Positions 55,327 to 64,000 of a DNA stretch of 64,000 bases are shown piece after piece. Made by a program: the position numbers and the translations under genes. Within the stretch, counting starts at the first letter, position 1, and every line of letters starts with the position of its first letter. Below the pieces are notes generated by a model. The model saw only the letters and a program-made list of their open reading frames with translations, did not search any database and was not told the origin of the DNA. Origin of the DNA: Myxococcota bacterium (GTDB lineage Bacteria; Myxococcota_A; UBA9160; UBA6930); assembly GCA_965223705.1 (NCBI GenBank), contig OZ245015.1, forward strand, positions 3,904,001 to 3,968,000, given 5' to 3'.

Positions 55327-56762
55327 GGTCGACCTCCTTCATGGGCAGTCCGCATCGCCACGGAATCTTCCGGCGGAGACAGGACGTAGACGACATTGCG
55401 TTTGTGCGGCGTCAGATACGTCGCAACGACGCGCGTCACGTCCTCCGCTGTGACGTCGCGAATCGAAGACAAGCGCTCGGACAAGGGTCGCACGCGGCCG
55501 AAAGCGACGGTGTCGGACCCGAGCCTCGAAGCCTGGGAGTGGCTCGTCGCGAGATCACCCAACAACGAGACCTCGAGCTTGCGCTTGGCTTTTCCGAGCT
55601 CTTCCTCGCTCACGCCTTCGCGACCGAGTCGCTCGATCTCTTGGAAGAACGCGGCTTCGACGTCTTCGATCTCCGTTCCGGGGCGAACCCCGGAAAAGCC
55701 ATAGACCACGCCGCCGCGAGACAACTCCCAGTAGTACGCCGATGCGGAAAGCGCGAGCGCGTCGCTGTACACCAGCCGGCGATACAACCGACTGCTTCGG
55801 CCGCTCGAGAGCACGGTGCTCGCGACGTCGAGTGCGGCCGCGTCTTCGTGTCCCGTGGCCGGAGCCTGCCAGGCGACGGCGAAGACCGGACTCGCGACCG
55901 GGAAGTGAACGACCGCTCGGCGCTCGCCACTCTGCTCGGGCTCGCGGGTCGGGTTCCGCACCGGCGGTTCGCGTCGGGCGAGCGGCCCGAATTGTTCGCG
56001 CACCAGGCGAAGCGTTTCCTCTTCGTCGAAGTCACCGGCGATCGCGACGACCAAGTTGTTGGCGGCGTAGTTCCGGTCGAAGAACTCCTGGCAAGCACGC
56101 ACGGTCACTTCTTCGACGTCGGATCGCCAACCGATCGTCGGGTGCCGATAGGGATGTGCTTGAAATGCCAGTGCGAAGAGCGCCTCGAAGGCACGGCCCT
56201 GGGGACTGTCCTCGGTGCGGAGGCGACGCTCCTCGAGGACGACTTGGCGTTCGCTCGCGAGGCTCTCCTCGGAAATGTCGAGGTTGCGGAGCCGCTCCGC
56301 TTCGAGTTCGATGACCAGGGGCAAATGCTCTCGGGAGATGTCCGCGAAATAGACCGTCACGTCGCGCGAGGTGTAGGCGTTGACCCGTCCGCCGCGCGCT
56401 TCGATGAATTTCGAGTGCGCTTCCGGAGGCAGGTTCTTCGAGCCGCGAAACATCATGTGCTCGAACAGGTGGGCGATCCCGGTGTATTTCGCCTCGTCGC
56501 CGGAGCCGGCGCGGACCCAGACCTGAAACGAGACCACCGGTGTGGACTCGTCGACCAGGGTCAAGACCGTGAGCCCGTTCGGAAGCGTGGTGACCCGCGC
56601 GCGCTCCGCCGGATCTTCGATCCCGTCCGCTACGGCGAGAGCCTGCGATGCCAAGAGCAGCGCGAGGACGACCGCCACCACTCCTCGGGTGCGGGCTTTT
56701 CGATACCCTGGCGTGACGGGGCCTCGGGGCGGCGCGGGACCTCTCTGTGTGATCGACGGCAT
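55323..56762 (-). CDS. M16 (pitrilysin-family) zinc peptidase catalytic subunit; start uncertain
   Basis: GIAHLFEHMMFRG, NAYTS and VVLEERR motifs. Confidence 0.88.
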   Translation of the reverse strand: MPSITQRGPAPPRGPVTPGYRKARTRGVVAVVLALLLASQALAVADGIEDPAERARVTTLPNGLTVLTLVDESTPVVSFQVWVRAGSGDEAKYTGIAHLFEHMMFRGSKNLPPEAHSKFIEARGGRVNAYTSRDVTVYFADISREHLPLVIELEAERLRNLDISEESLASERQVVLEERRLRTEDSPQGRAFEALFALAFQAHPYRHPTIGWRSDVEEVTVRACQEFFDRNYAANNLVVAIAGDFDEEETLRLVREQFGPLARREPPVRNPTREPEQSGERRAVVHFPVASPVFAVAWQAPATGHEDAAALDVASTVLSSGRSSRLYRRLVYSDALALSASAYYWELSRGGVVYGFSGVRPGTEIEDVEAAFFQEIERLGREGVSEEELGKAKRKLEVSLLGDLATSHSQASRLGSDTVAFGRVRPLSERLSSIRDVTAEDVTRVVATYLTPHKRNVVYVLSPPEDSVAMRTAHEGGRP

Positions 56763-56848
56763 GCAGGTGTTCCTTCCCACGCTCGTGGCTCGGCCCAACA
56801 GATGCCGCTGCCGCGAGAAGAGTTCCGAGGAGAAAATCGGCTCGAACT

Positions 56849-57448
56849 ATGACGACCCTCGAAGTCCCCGTCCATTTCGACTTCGCTTCCTCGATTTGTT
56901 TCGTCGCCCATCGCGTCGCGGGCCGGCTGGCGCCCCGTCTGGCCGAGCTCGAGATCGCCTTGCGCTGGACCCCGGTGGACCTGACGAGCATCACGGCCGT
57001 ACGGCGCGGGGCCGCGCCTGCGGCCGCTGGAATCGCAAATGCCGAGCGCGTCGCGCGAGAGCTCGAGGTGCCCCTCGTCATGCCGCCGCAGTGGATCGAT
57101 TCGCGGCTGGCGAACGGCGCCGCCATCCTCGCCGAGGATGACACCCGCGCCGACGGACTGCGGGAAGAGATTTTTTCGAGCCATTTCGAGCGGGGAGAGA
57201 TTCTCGACCGCGGCGACCTTCTCGCGAAGCGGTTGAAAGAGCGGGGGCTCGCCTTCGACCCCGAAGAGTGGGACGAGGCCCTTCAGGAACTCACGCGACG
57301 GACCGAATGCGCGCGCGAGCAGCTCGTCTCGGGCGTTCCGACCTTCATGCTGGGTGATTGGCCCTTCGGCGGTATTCAGGACGAGCGCACCATGGCGCTC
57401 GTGTTCGAACGCTTCGCGAGCCGCGCCCGCCGCGGAGAACTGCATTAA
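56849..57448 (+). CDS. DsbA-like/HCCA isomerase (FrnE-type) thioredoxin-fold protein
   Basis: FDFASSIC and VSGVPTF motifs. Confidence 0.7.
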   Translation: MTTLEVPVHFDFASSICFVAHRVAGRLAPRLAELEIALRWTPVDLTSITAVRRGAAPAAAGIANAERVARELEVPLVMPPQWIDSRLANGAAILAEDDTRADGLREEIFSSHFERGEILDRGDLLAKRLKERGLAFDPEEWDEALQELTRRTECAREQLVSGVPTFMLGDWPFGGIQDERTMALVFERFASRARRGELH

Positions 57449-57457
57449 GGTAGACCG

Positions 57458-57790
57458 ATGTCCCGACGCGACCGCCTCGTGTATTCGAGCGATGGATCCC
57501 ACCTGCCCCGACCGCGCGAAGCGGAAGACAAGAAGACCGCGCCCGCAGGGCCTGGCGCGGTACGGGTTTCGCGCGAAAAAAAGGGTCGGCGCGGGAAGAC
57601 CGTCACCGTCGTTACCGGGTTGCCCCTCGGTAGCGAAGCGCTTCGCGAACTCGCCGGAGACTTGAAGCGCGCGTGCGGAAGCGGTGGCGCGGCGAAAGAC
57701 GGGAACGTCGAAATCCAAGGCGACCACGTCGACCGCGTGCTCGCCGCCCTGAAGGAGCTCGGTTACTCCGCCAAGCGCTCGGGCGGTTGA
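57458..57790 (+). CDS. yciH: SUI1-family translation initiation factor YciH
   Basis: KGRRGKTVTVV, LKRACGSGG and IQGDH motifs. Confidence 0.9.
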   Translation: MSRRDRLVYSSDGSHLPRPREAEDKKTAPAGPGAVRVSREKKGRRGKTVTVVTGLPLGSEALRELAGDLKRACGSGGAAKDGNVEIQGDHVDRVLAALKELGYSAKRSGG

Positions 57791-58557
57791 CGCCGTTGGC
57801 GAAAGGCGATGGCCAAGTTCCGTTTCGGTCGCGACCAGTCCGGTCGCTCCGCCGCCGCGCGCTCGAGTTGTTGGATCGCTTCGTCGCGACGTCCCGCGGC
57901 ATACAACGCGACGGCGTAGCGGTTGCGAGCCTCCGCATCGTCCGGGGACGCCCGCAACTTCGCCTCGAGCACCGCGAGCGTTGCCACCCGCGTCGGCGCG
58001 GCGAACGCCTCGTCCCACGTTTCGTACCGCAGAGGGCCGTATCGGAACTCACCCTTGCGACGCGGCCGGAAAAAACGGTCGCCGACGGTTCGCATCGCTT
58101 CGTGATCCGAGGCTTCGACCAAGTCGCTCCCGGCCTCACAAGACGCTTCGAACGGTGTGAGGCTGAAAGCGCGGAGTCCTTCTCGGTCCGCGTAGATCCA
58201 AGACGAGGGGCGACCCGCTGCGCCGCAGTGCTGTTCGAACGAAACGATCGCATCGGCCTCAGGGTCGCCGTCGAGATGGCGCCGCAAGGCGCTTAGGTCG
58301 GTGCTCGGCGCGAGCGGCCCGCGGCCGGCGACCCATTCGCTCGCGACGGGCAAAAAACCGGCCTCCGGGTGAAAGACGACGGCCAGGGTCCGTTCGAGCG
58401 AATCGCCGAGGACGGGTTCGAGCAGATCCGCCGGATCACTTCCCGGGTGCCGTTCGAGATAGGTGTCGAAGGGATTCGCGGCCGTCCGACCGCCGCAGAG
58501 AACGAGCAGCACCAAGATCAGGAAGCCCGCGCGATGATCGAGATGTGCACGAGGCAT
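57763..58557 (-). CDS. Exported protein with C-terminal TPR repeats
   Basis: N-terminal hydrophobic segment; PDDAEARNRYAVAL...EAI...P TPR pattern. Confidence 0.6.
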   Translation of the reverse strand: MPRAHLDHRAGFLILVLLVLCGGRTAANPFDTYLERHPGSDPADLLEPVLGDSLERTLAVVFHPEAGFLPVASEWVAGRGPLAPSTDLSALRRHLDGDPEADAIVSFEQHCGAAGRPSSWIYADREGLRAFSLTPFEASCEAGSDLVEASDHEAMRTVGDRFFRPRRKGEFRYGPLRYETWDEAFAAPTRVATLAVLEAKLRASPDDAEARNRYAVALYAAGRRDEAIQQLERAAAERPDWSRPKRNLAIAFRQRRQPPERLAE

Positions 58558-58846
58558 GGCGCGAAATGCTGACGCCCGACCGCGCGCGGTTCCACCCCAC
58601 ACTCGGCTTTATGCCGCATTGCGTCGACGCGGTGCGGTAAGCACGGCTTGCAGAAGTGGCGAAAAACGACGCGAGTTCCCTCGGTTGTGCTGCCCCGCTG
58701 CCCCATCTTCGCTAGCTTGGCAGTTCACGTTGCAGCGCGTCGAGAACCTGTTCCGCACCCGCTTACGAGAGATGGGGTCGCGTCGAGCCCGCGCGCAACG
58801 CAACCGGGCGCCTACGAGAGGCGCAAGCGCGAGAAAGGGGAAATCA

Positions 58847-60130
58847 ATGAGCCAGAAAGCAGAACTCCACTACGACGGCAAAGTCATCGAGCTTCCGATC
58901 ATCGAGGGCTCGGAAGGCGAACGCGCCATCGATTGCGGCGACCTCCGGAGCAAGACCGGCTTGATCACCATGGACCCGGGTTACGGCAACACGGGCTCCT
59001 GCGAAAGCAAGATCACCTTCATCGACGGCGAGAAGGGCATTTTGCGCTACCGCGGTTACACCCTCGAAGACCTCGCCGAGCACAGCTCGTTCCTCGAAGT
59101 GAGCTACTTGCTGATCCACGGAGAGCTGCCGTCCCAGGAAGAGCTGCAGACCTTCACGGAATCCATCCGCTACCACACGATGGTCCACGAAGACTTCAAG
59201 CGCTTCTTCAGTGCGCTTCCGAAAGACGCACACCCCATGGCAGCGTGTGCCGCGGCGGTCGGCGCGCTCGCCACGTTCTATCCCGATTCTCTCGAGCCCC
59301 GCGACCCGCGCCAGGTCGAGATTTCCGTGCACCGGCTCATCGCGAAGCTCCCGACGATCGCTTCCTACGCGTACAAGCACTCGATCGGGCAGCCGTTCAT
59401 GTACCCGGACAATCGAAGGTCCTACGTCGGCAACTTCCTGCACCTGATGTTCGCGACCCCGTGCGAGGAGTACGAAGTCGACCCGGTGATCCGCAAAGCG
59501 GTGGATCTGCTCCTCATCCTCCACGCCGACCACGAACAGAACTGCTCCACCAGCACCGTGCGCTTGGTCGGTTCGTCGATGGTCAACCTGTTTGGCGCCA
59601 TCTCGGCGGGCATCAACGCGCTTTGGGGTCCCCGCCACGGCGGCGCGAACCAGGAAGTGATCGAGATGCTCGAATCGATCGCCGAAGAAGGCCTCTCGGG
59701 TAAGGAATTCGTCGAGCGTGCAAAGTCGAGCGACGACACCAGTCGCCTGATGGGCTTCGGGCACCGCGTCTACAAGAACTACGATCCGCGCGCGAAGGTC
59801 CTGCGCAAATCCGCTCACGACGTGTTGTCGCGTCTGGGCGTGCAGAGCAAACTGCTCGAGATCGCGATGGAGCTCGAAGAACTCGCTCTGAAAGACGACT
59901 ACTTCGTCGAGCGCAAGCTCTACCCGAACGTCGATTTCTATTCCGGCGTGATCTACAAGGCGATCGGCACGCCGGTGAACATGTTCACCGCGATGTTCGC
60001 GCTCGGTCGGCTTCCGGGCTGGATCTCGCAGTGGCTCGAGATGCACGACGACAAGCAGCGCATCGGGCGCCCGCGCCAGATCTACACGGGAGCCAACGAG
60101 CGTCGCTACGTGCCGCTCGACGAGCGGTAG
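58847..60130 (+). CDS. gltA: Citrate synthase
   Basis: ITFIDGEKGILRYRGY, HADHEQNCST, GPRHGGAN, MGFGHRVYK and YPNVDFYSG motifs. Confidence 0.96.
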   Translation: MSQKAELHYDGKVIELPIIEGSEGERAIDCGDLRSKTGLITMDPGYGNTGSCESKITFIDGEKGILRYRGYTLEDLAEHSSFLEVSYLLIHGELPSQEELQTFTESIRYHTMVHEDFKRFFSALPKDAHPMAACAAAVGALATFYPDSLEPRDPRQVEISVHRLIAKLPTIASYAYKHSIGQPFMYPDNRRSYVGNFLHLMFATPCEEYEVDPVIRKAVDLLLILHADHEQNCSTSTVRLVGSSMVNLFGAISAGINALWGPRHGGANQEVIEMLESIAEEGLSGKEFVERAKSSDDTSRLMGFGHRVYKNYDPRAKVLRKSAHDVLSRLGVQSKLLEIAMELEELALKDDYFVERKLYPNVDFYSGVIYKAIGTPVNMFTAMFALGRLPGWISQWLEMHDDKQRIGRPRQIYTGANERRYVPLDER

Positions 60131-60930
60131 TGCGAGAAGGCCCGGAGCGGCCTCTCGGGTCGGCCGCCGATTTCTGGTGGCTCGACGGCCGGGTCGTCGC
60201 CGAGCTTCCGCCACTCCGGGCGGGCTGCTACACGACCGGGCGCTACACCAGCGGACAGATTCGACACGCGGAGTCCCTCGCCGACGCACTCGTTCGCGAC
60301 GCACACGATTTGGTGGGCGGCGAGCTCGACCGCGGTACGTGCCTCGACGCACTACGACAGATCGGTGAGAAGTGCTTTGGGGAGAGTGGTGGCGTGGTCC
60401 GGCTCGACGTCGCGCTCGGGGTTGACGGCATCCTCCATCTCGTCGGTCGCGGACGCCCCTTGGGACCCGAAACGAACGCGTGGCGGGCCGTCCTCCACAG
60501 CGAAATTCACCCCGGTCCCCGCCCTCCCCTCGGTGTGAAGCGCGCCCGCGACACCGTGCTTCTCGAGGCGTCGGAACGCGCGGAGCGCTTCGGCGTCGAA
60601 GAAGCGCTTCTGATCGGTCCGGGGGGAGACGTCGTTGAAGGGGCCCTTACCAACGTGTTCGTGCGCACCGGGGAGGGTCACTTCTTGACTCCGCCGATCG
60701 AGGCCGGGGCGGTCCGCGGCGTGGCTCGCGAACTGCTCCTCCAAAGCTTCCCCGACATACGGGAGGCACCCGTCCGCGTGAGTCAACTGCGAGCTGCACG
60801 GGAAGTCATCGTCACCGATGCGGTTCACGGCGCGATCGCGGTCATTCGCGTCGATGGCGCGTTCGTGGGCAACGGACAACCGGGCCCCGGAGCGAAACGA
60901 ATGGCGGCCCTGCTCGACGCGCACGCCTGA
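60130..60930 (+). CDS. Class IV PLP aminotransferase-like protein (PabC/IlvE family)
   Basis: GVK (putative PLP lysine), EEALL, VEGALTNVF, TPP...GVAR; GTG overlaps the gltA stop. Confidence 0.75.
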   Translation: MREGPERPLGSAADFWWLDGRVVAELPPLRAGCYTTGRYTSGQIRHAESLADALVRDAHDLVGGELDRGTCLDALRQIGEKCFGESGGVVRLDVALGVDGILHLVGRGRPLGPETNAWRAVLHSEIHPGPRPPLGVKRARDTVLLEASERAERFGVEEALLIGPGGDVVEGALTNVFVRTGEGHFLTPPIEAGAVRGVARELLLQSFPDIREAPVRVSQLRAAREVIVTDAVHGAIAVIRVDGAFVGNGQPGPGAKRMAALLDAHA

Positions 60931-61008
60931 CCCCATACGGCGCCCAGGGGATACGCGGCGTCGTCATGCGGTAAGCTGCGGTTCCTTTTTCAATCGATCG
61001 GAGCGGAT

Positions 61009-61773
61009 ATGGATATTTCGGGCAAGGGAGTGGTCATCACTGGGGGCGCCTCGGGCTTGGGCGAGGCGACGGCTCGGGCACTGGCTTCCCAAGGAGCGCG
61101 CGTCGGGATCCTCGACCTGCCCCAGTCGAACGGCGAGAGCGTCGCGAAGGAGCTCGACGGACGCTTCGTCGCAGCCGACGTCACCGACGAAGCCCAGGTC
61201 GGCGCGGCCATCGACGAGGCGGTCGGCGCCTTCGGCGGCGTCCACGTCGCGGTGAACTGCGCCGGCGTCGGAACGCCGGGGAAGACCATCGATCGCGACG
61301 GCAACCCGCTCGAGCTGCGATTCTTCCGGAAAGTCGTCGAAATCAATCTCATCGGAACCTTCAATGTCATCCGCCTCGCTGCCGCCGCGATGGTCAAGAA
61401 CGAGCCCGACGGTGAAGGCGAGCGCGGGGTGCTGATCAACACCGCGTCGGTCGCCGCCTTCGAAGGACAGATCGGTCAGGCGGCTTATTCCGCGTCGAAG
61501 GGAGGTGTCGTCGGCATGACCCTGCCGGTGGCGCGGGATCTTTCCCGCGACGGCATTCGCTGCGTCACGATCGCACCCGGCCTCTTTCTCACGCCGATGT
61601 TGATGGGTCTCCCGGAACCCGCGCGGGAATCCCTGGGCAACCAGGTGCCCTTCCCCTCGCGGCTCGGCAATCCTTCCGAATACGCGTCGCTCGCGTGCCA
61701 CATCGTTTCGAATCCCATGTTGAACGGCGAGACGATCCGGCTCGACGGAGCGATTCGGATGGCACCCCGCTAG
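61009..61773 (+). CDS. SDR, 3-hydroxyacyl-CoA dehydrogenase type 2 (HSD17B10-like)
   Basis: [31 protein letters not shown] and [13 protein letters not shown] motifs. Confidence 0.9.
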   Translation: MDISGKGVVITGGASGLGEATARALASQGARVGILDLPQSNGESVAKELDGRFVAADVTDEAQVGAAIDEAVGAFGGVHVAVNCAGVGTPGKTIDRDGNPLELRFFRKVVEINLIGTFNVIRLAAAAMVKNEPDGEGERGVLINTASVAAFEGQIGQAAYSASKGGVVGMTLPVARDLSRDGIRCVTIAPGLFLTPMLMGLPEPARESLGNQVPFPSRLGNPSEYASLACHIVSNPMLNGETIRLDGAIRMAPR

Positions 61774-61781
61774 GCGCTTCG

Positions 61782-62783
61782 ATGAGCGATCTCGGCAAGC
61801 TCGCGATCACGCTGCCGGCGCCGCACCTGGGCGTCGCGGAATCCCTCGAGGTCGCCCGGCGCGCCGAGGAAGAGTGGGGCTACGACGGGATCTGGCTCGC
61901 CGAAACCAGCGGACCGGACTCGTTTTCCCTGGCCGCAGCGTTGGCAACCGTCACCTCGCGGATCGAGATCGGGACGGCCATCGTGCCCGTCTACAACCGC
62001 ACGCCCGCCGTGTTGGCGATGTCCGCAGCGACGGTGGCTGCGCTATCGGAAGGCCGCTTCGTGCTCGGTGTCGGCACGTCGAGCCACGCGATCATGGACG
62101 CTTGGAATGGCGTCCCGCTGGAACGCCCGCTCGCGGCGATGCGGGACGCCATCGCGATCTGCCGACAGGCGTTGTCCGGCGAACGCACGGACTACGACGG
62201 CGAAATGTTCCGCTCGAAGGGTTTCCGCGTGACGCCGACGCCTCCGAGCCCGGTCCCGATCTATGTGGCCGCGCTGCGCGAACGAATGCTTCGGCTTGCC
62301 GGAGAACTCGGCGACGGCGTCATCGTCAATTTGTTTCCCCGCGCGGCGCTTCCGCAAATCCTCCGCGCGTTCCGAGCGGGCCGCGCCGCCGGCGGCCGCG
62401 CGGGCGATGCGCCTGTCGTATGCCGCCATCAGGTCGGGATAACAGACGATGTGGGCGAAGCGCGCGCCCGTGTGCGCGGGAGCTTTGCCGGCTATTTCGC
62501 CACGCCGGTCTACAACCGTTTCCTGCAATGGTGTGGATACGAAGACGAGATGAAACGTATCGCGGACGGGTTTGCGGCGCGCGACCGCGATGCGGTCAGC
62601 GCCGCGATGCACGACGCGTTCATCGACGAGATCGCGATCCTGGGCGACCGCGATTCCTGTCACGAAAAACTCGCGGCGTTCGTGCGAGACGGCGTGACCA
62701 CGACGGTGCTGTCCCCCGTCAGTCGCAACCGCGAAGAGACCCTCGCACTCTACGAAGCCTTCGCCCCGGCGGCGCGTCGATGA
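61782..62783 (+). CDS. LLM-class (luciferase-like, possibly F420-dependent) oxidoreductase
   Basis: WLAE, GTAIVP..RTP, GRFVLGVGTS and IYVAAL..RMLRLAGELGDG motifs. Confidence 0.85.
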   Translation: MSDLGKLAITLPAPHLGVAESLEVARRAEEEWGYDGIWLAETSGPDSFSLAAALATVTSRIEIGTAIVPVYNRTPAVLAMSAATVAALSEGRFVLGVGTSSHAIMDAWNGVPLERPLAAMRDAIAICRQALSGERTDYDGEMFRSKGFRVTPTPPSPVPIYVAALRERMLRLAGELGDGVIVNLFPRAALPQILRAFRAGRAAGGRAGDAPVVCRHQVGITDDVGEARARVRGSFAGYFATPVYNRFLQWCGYEDEMKRIADGFAARDRDAVSAAMHDAFIDEIAILGDRDSCHEKLAAFVRDGVTTTVLSPVSRNREETLALYEAFAPAARR

Positions 62784-63670
62784 CGGGCGTGTTGTTGACC
62801 GGGACGACCGGGCTCGTCGGCAGCCGACTCGTTCCGCTTCTCGAACAGCAGGGCCACCGCGTCCGAGGCCTGAGTCGCCGAGCGAGCAAGGATCCGGAGC
62901 GTCTCCAGTGGGACGGGGTCACGCCGCCCGCCGGCGCTTTCGACGACATCGGTGCGGTGATCCACCTCGCGGGGGAGCCGATCTTCGGCAAGCTGCCCAC
63001 TGCCGCACAGCGCAAGCGAATCCTCGAGAGTCGTGTGGCCAGCACGCGCGGTTTTGTCGAAGCGCTGACGCGACTTTCGGAGGCTGCGCGCCCCGAGCTT
63101 TTTCTATGCGCCTCCGCGGTGGGCTATTACGGGGAACGGGGCGACACGACGCTCTCAGAAGACGAAGAACCCGGGGCCACGTTTTCCGCCGAAGTGTGCA
63201 AAGCCTGGGAGGCCGAGGCGATCCGCGCCGAGGCGCTCGGGATTCGAACCGTTCGCTTGCGCATAGGCGTCGTGCTCGCGCGCGAGGGCGGCGCGCTCGC
63301 CATGATGCGCGTGCCTTTCCAGCTCGGACTCGGCGGGCCCCTCGGCAGCGGTGAGCAATGGATGCCGTGGATCCACGTCGACGACCTGTGTCGGGTCGTA
63401 GGCTTTGCCCTCGAAGACCCGCGCTACCGCGGCGCGATCAATGCGGTGGCGCACCCGGTCCGCAACCGCGAGCTCACCGAAGAACTCGCGCACCAACTAA
63501 ACCGCCCGGCGTTCGTGCGCGTTCCCCAGTTCGCGTTGCGCGCCGTACTGGGTCCGCTCGCGAGTGAGCTCCTCGGCAGCCGCCGGGTCGTCCCGACCCG
63601 GCTCGAAGCGCTCGGTTTCGAACATGCGTACCCAGAGCTGCAAGCAGCGCTCTCGAGAGAGCTCGCTTAG
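62780..63670 (+). CDS. TIGR01777/YfcH-family NAD(P)-binding oxidoreductase
   Basis: TGTTGLVG, HLAGEPI, SAVGYYG and GGPLGSGEQWMPWIH motifs; ATGA overlap. Confidence 0.88.
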   Translation: MTGVLLTGTTGLVGSRLVPLLEQQGHRVRGLSRRASKDPERLQWDGVTPPAGAFDDIGAVIHLAGEPIFGKLPTAAQRKRILESRVASTRGFVEALTRLSEAARPELFLCASAVGYYGERGDTTLSEDEEPGATFSAEVCKAWEAEAIRAEALGIRTVRLRIGVVLAREGGALAMMRVPFQLGLGGPLGSGEQWMPWIHVDDLCRVVGFALEDPRYRGAINAVAHPVRNRELTEELAHQLNRPAFVRVPQFALRAVLGPLASELLGSRRVVPTRLEALGFEHAYPELQAALSRELA

Positions 63671-64000
63671 CGCAAACTCCGAGAGAGCTGGCGCACGTCG
63701 ACGTAGCGCCTGAGCGCGCGCAAGTTCGGCTGGGTGCCGCGCGAATCGTAGAAGTCGAGCCGGTTCCCCGTGGCGGTCTGCACGTTGACGATGGCGTCGG
63801 ATACGGTCCTCAAATCGCGCGGCTCGGGAACCTCGTCCCAACCGGGGTACCAATCCTGGGCCGCGACATCGCCCAGGTCATCCTCGCTCCAGCGGTGGTT
63901 GTGATAGAGAATTTTCCACAAGGCGCCGGTGCGGTCGTAGGCGAACGAGTAGAGCGGCTCCATGCTCTCGCGATCGATCCAGATGACCTTCTTCGAATAA
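63667..64000 (-). CDS. DUF1329-like protein, C-terminal part (5' end lies outside the window)
   Basis: YSKKVIWIDRE...YDRTGALWK motif; frame open to the window edge. Confidence 0.6.
   Translation of the reverse strand, partial: YSKKVIWIDRESMEPLYSFAYDRTGALWKILYHNHRWSEDDLGDVAAQDWYPGWDEVPEPRDLRTVSDAIVNVQTATGNRLDFYDSRGTQPNLRALRRYVDVRQLSRSLR

Noticed and set aside
58558..58846. Long leader upstream of gltA as a riboswitch or sRNA
   Set aside because: No recognisable conserved aptamer or terminator by eye; an Rfam/Infernal search would be needed.
61874..62779. Long N-terminal extension of the TIGR01777 ORF
   Set aside because: Off-frame overlap with the LLM gene; the true start is the ATGA overlap at 62780.

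Overview
A GC-rich, very densely packed 64 kb bacterial chromosome segment. Gene content and style suggest a Myxococcota/deltaproteobacteria-like lineage, which is an inference. Most of it is housekeeping and acyl-CoA metabolism: oligoendopeptidase F, dnaE2, tkt, tRNA-Pro(TGG), leuCD, tupBC, cysQ-like, ethylmalonyl-CoA pathway genes (ccr, a CitE/Mcl-family gene, ecm, meaB, pduO), nadA, srkA, cysE, etfBA, efp, an M16 peptidase pair, yciH and gltA. The standout is a tightly coupled five-gene minus-strand operon at 31719-25665. It encodes a divergent Lgt-like protein, a signal-peptide-bearing Rhs/YD-repeat protein whose tip ends in a GGGGC-transmembrane-basic (Cys-CTERM-like) tail, a small membrane protein, a CPBP/Rce1-family intramembrane protease and a His-rich polytopic membrane protein. 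I read this as a candidate dedicated system that lipidates and sorts an Rhs protein at its C-terminus. Other notable items are a perfect 36-bp x4 tandem repeat that duplicates the tupB/tupC junction, an 18-bp perfect palindrome abutting a MarR start codon, a WYL regulator apparently starting at CTG and coupled to efp, a dnaE2 with no imuAB beside it, and an alpha/beta hydrolase with Asn at the nucleophile position. No CRISPR array, integrase or transposase was seen. All family calls come from motif recognition by eye, not database searches.
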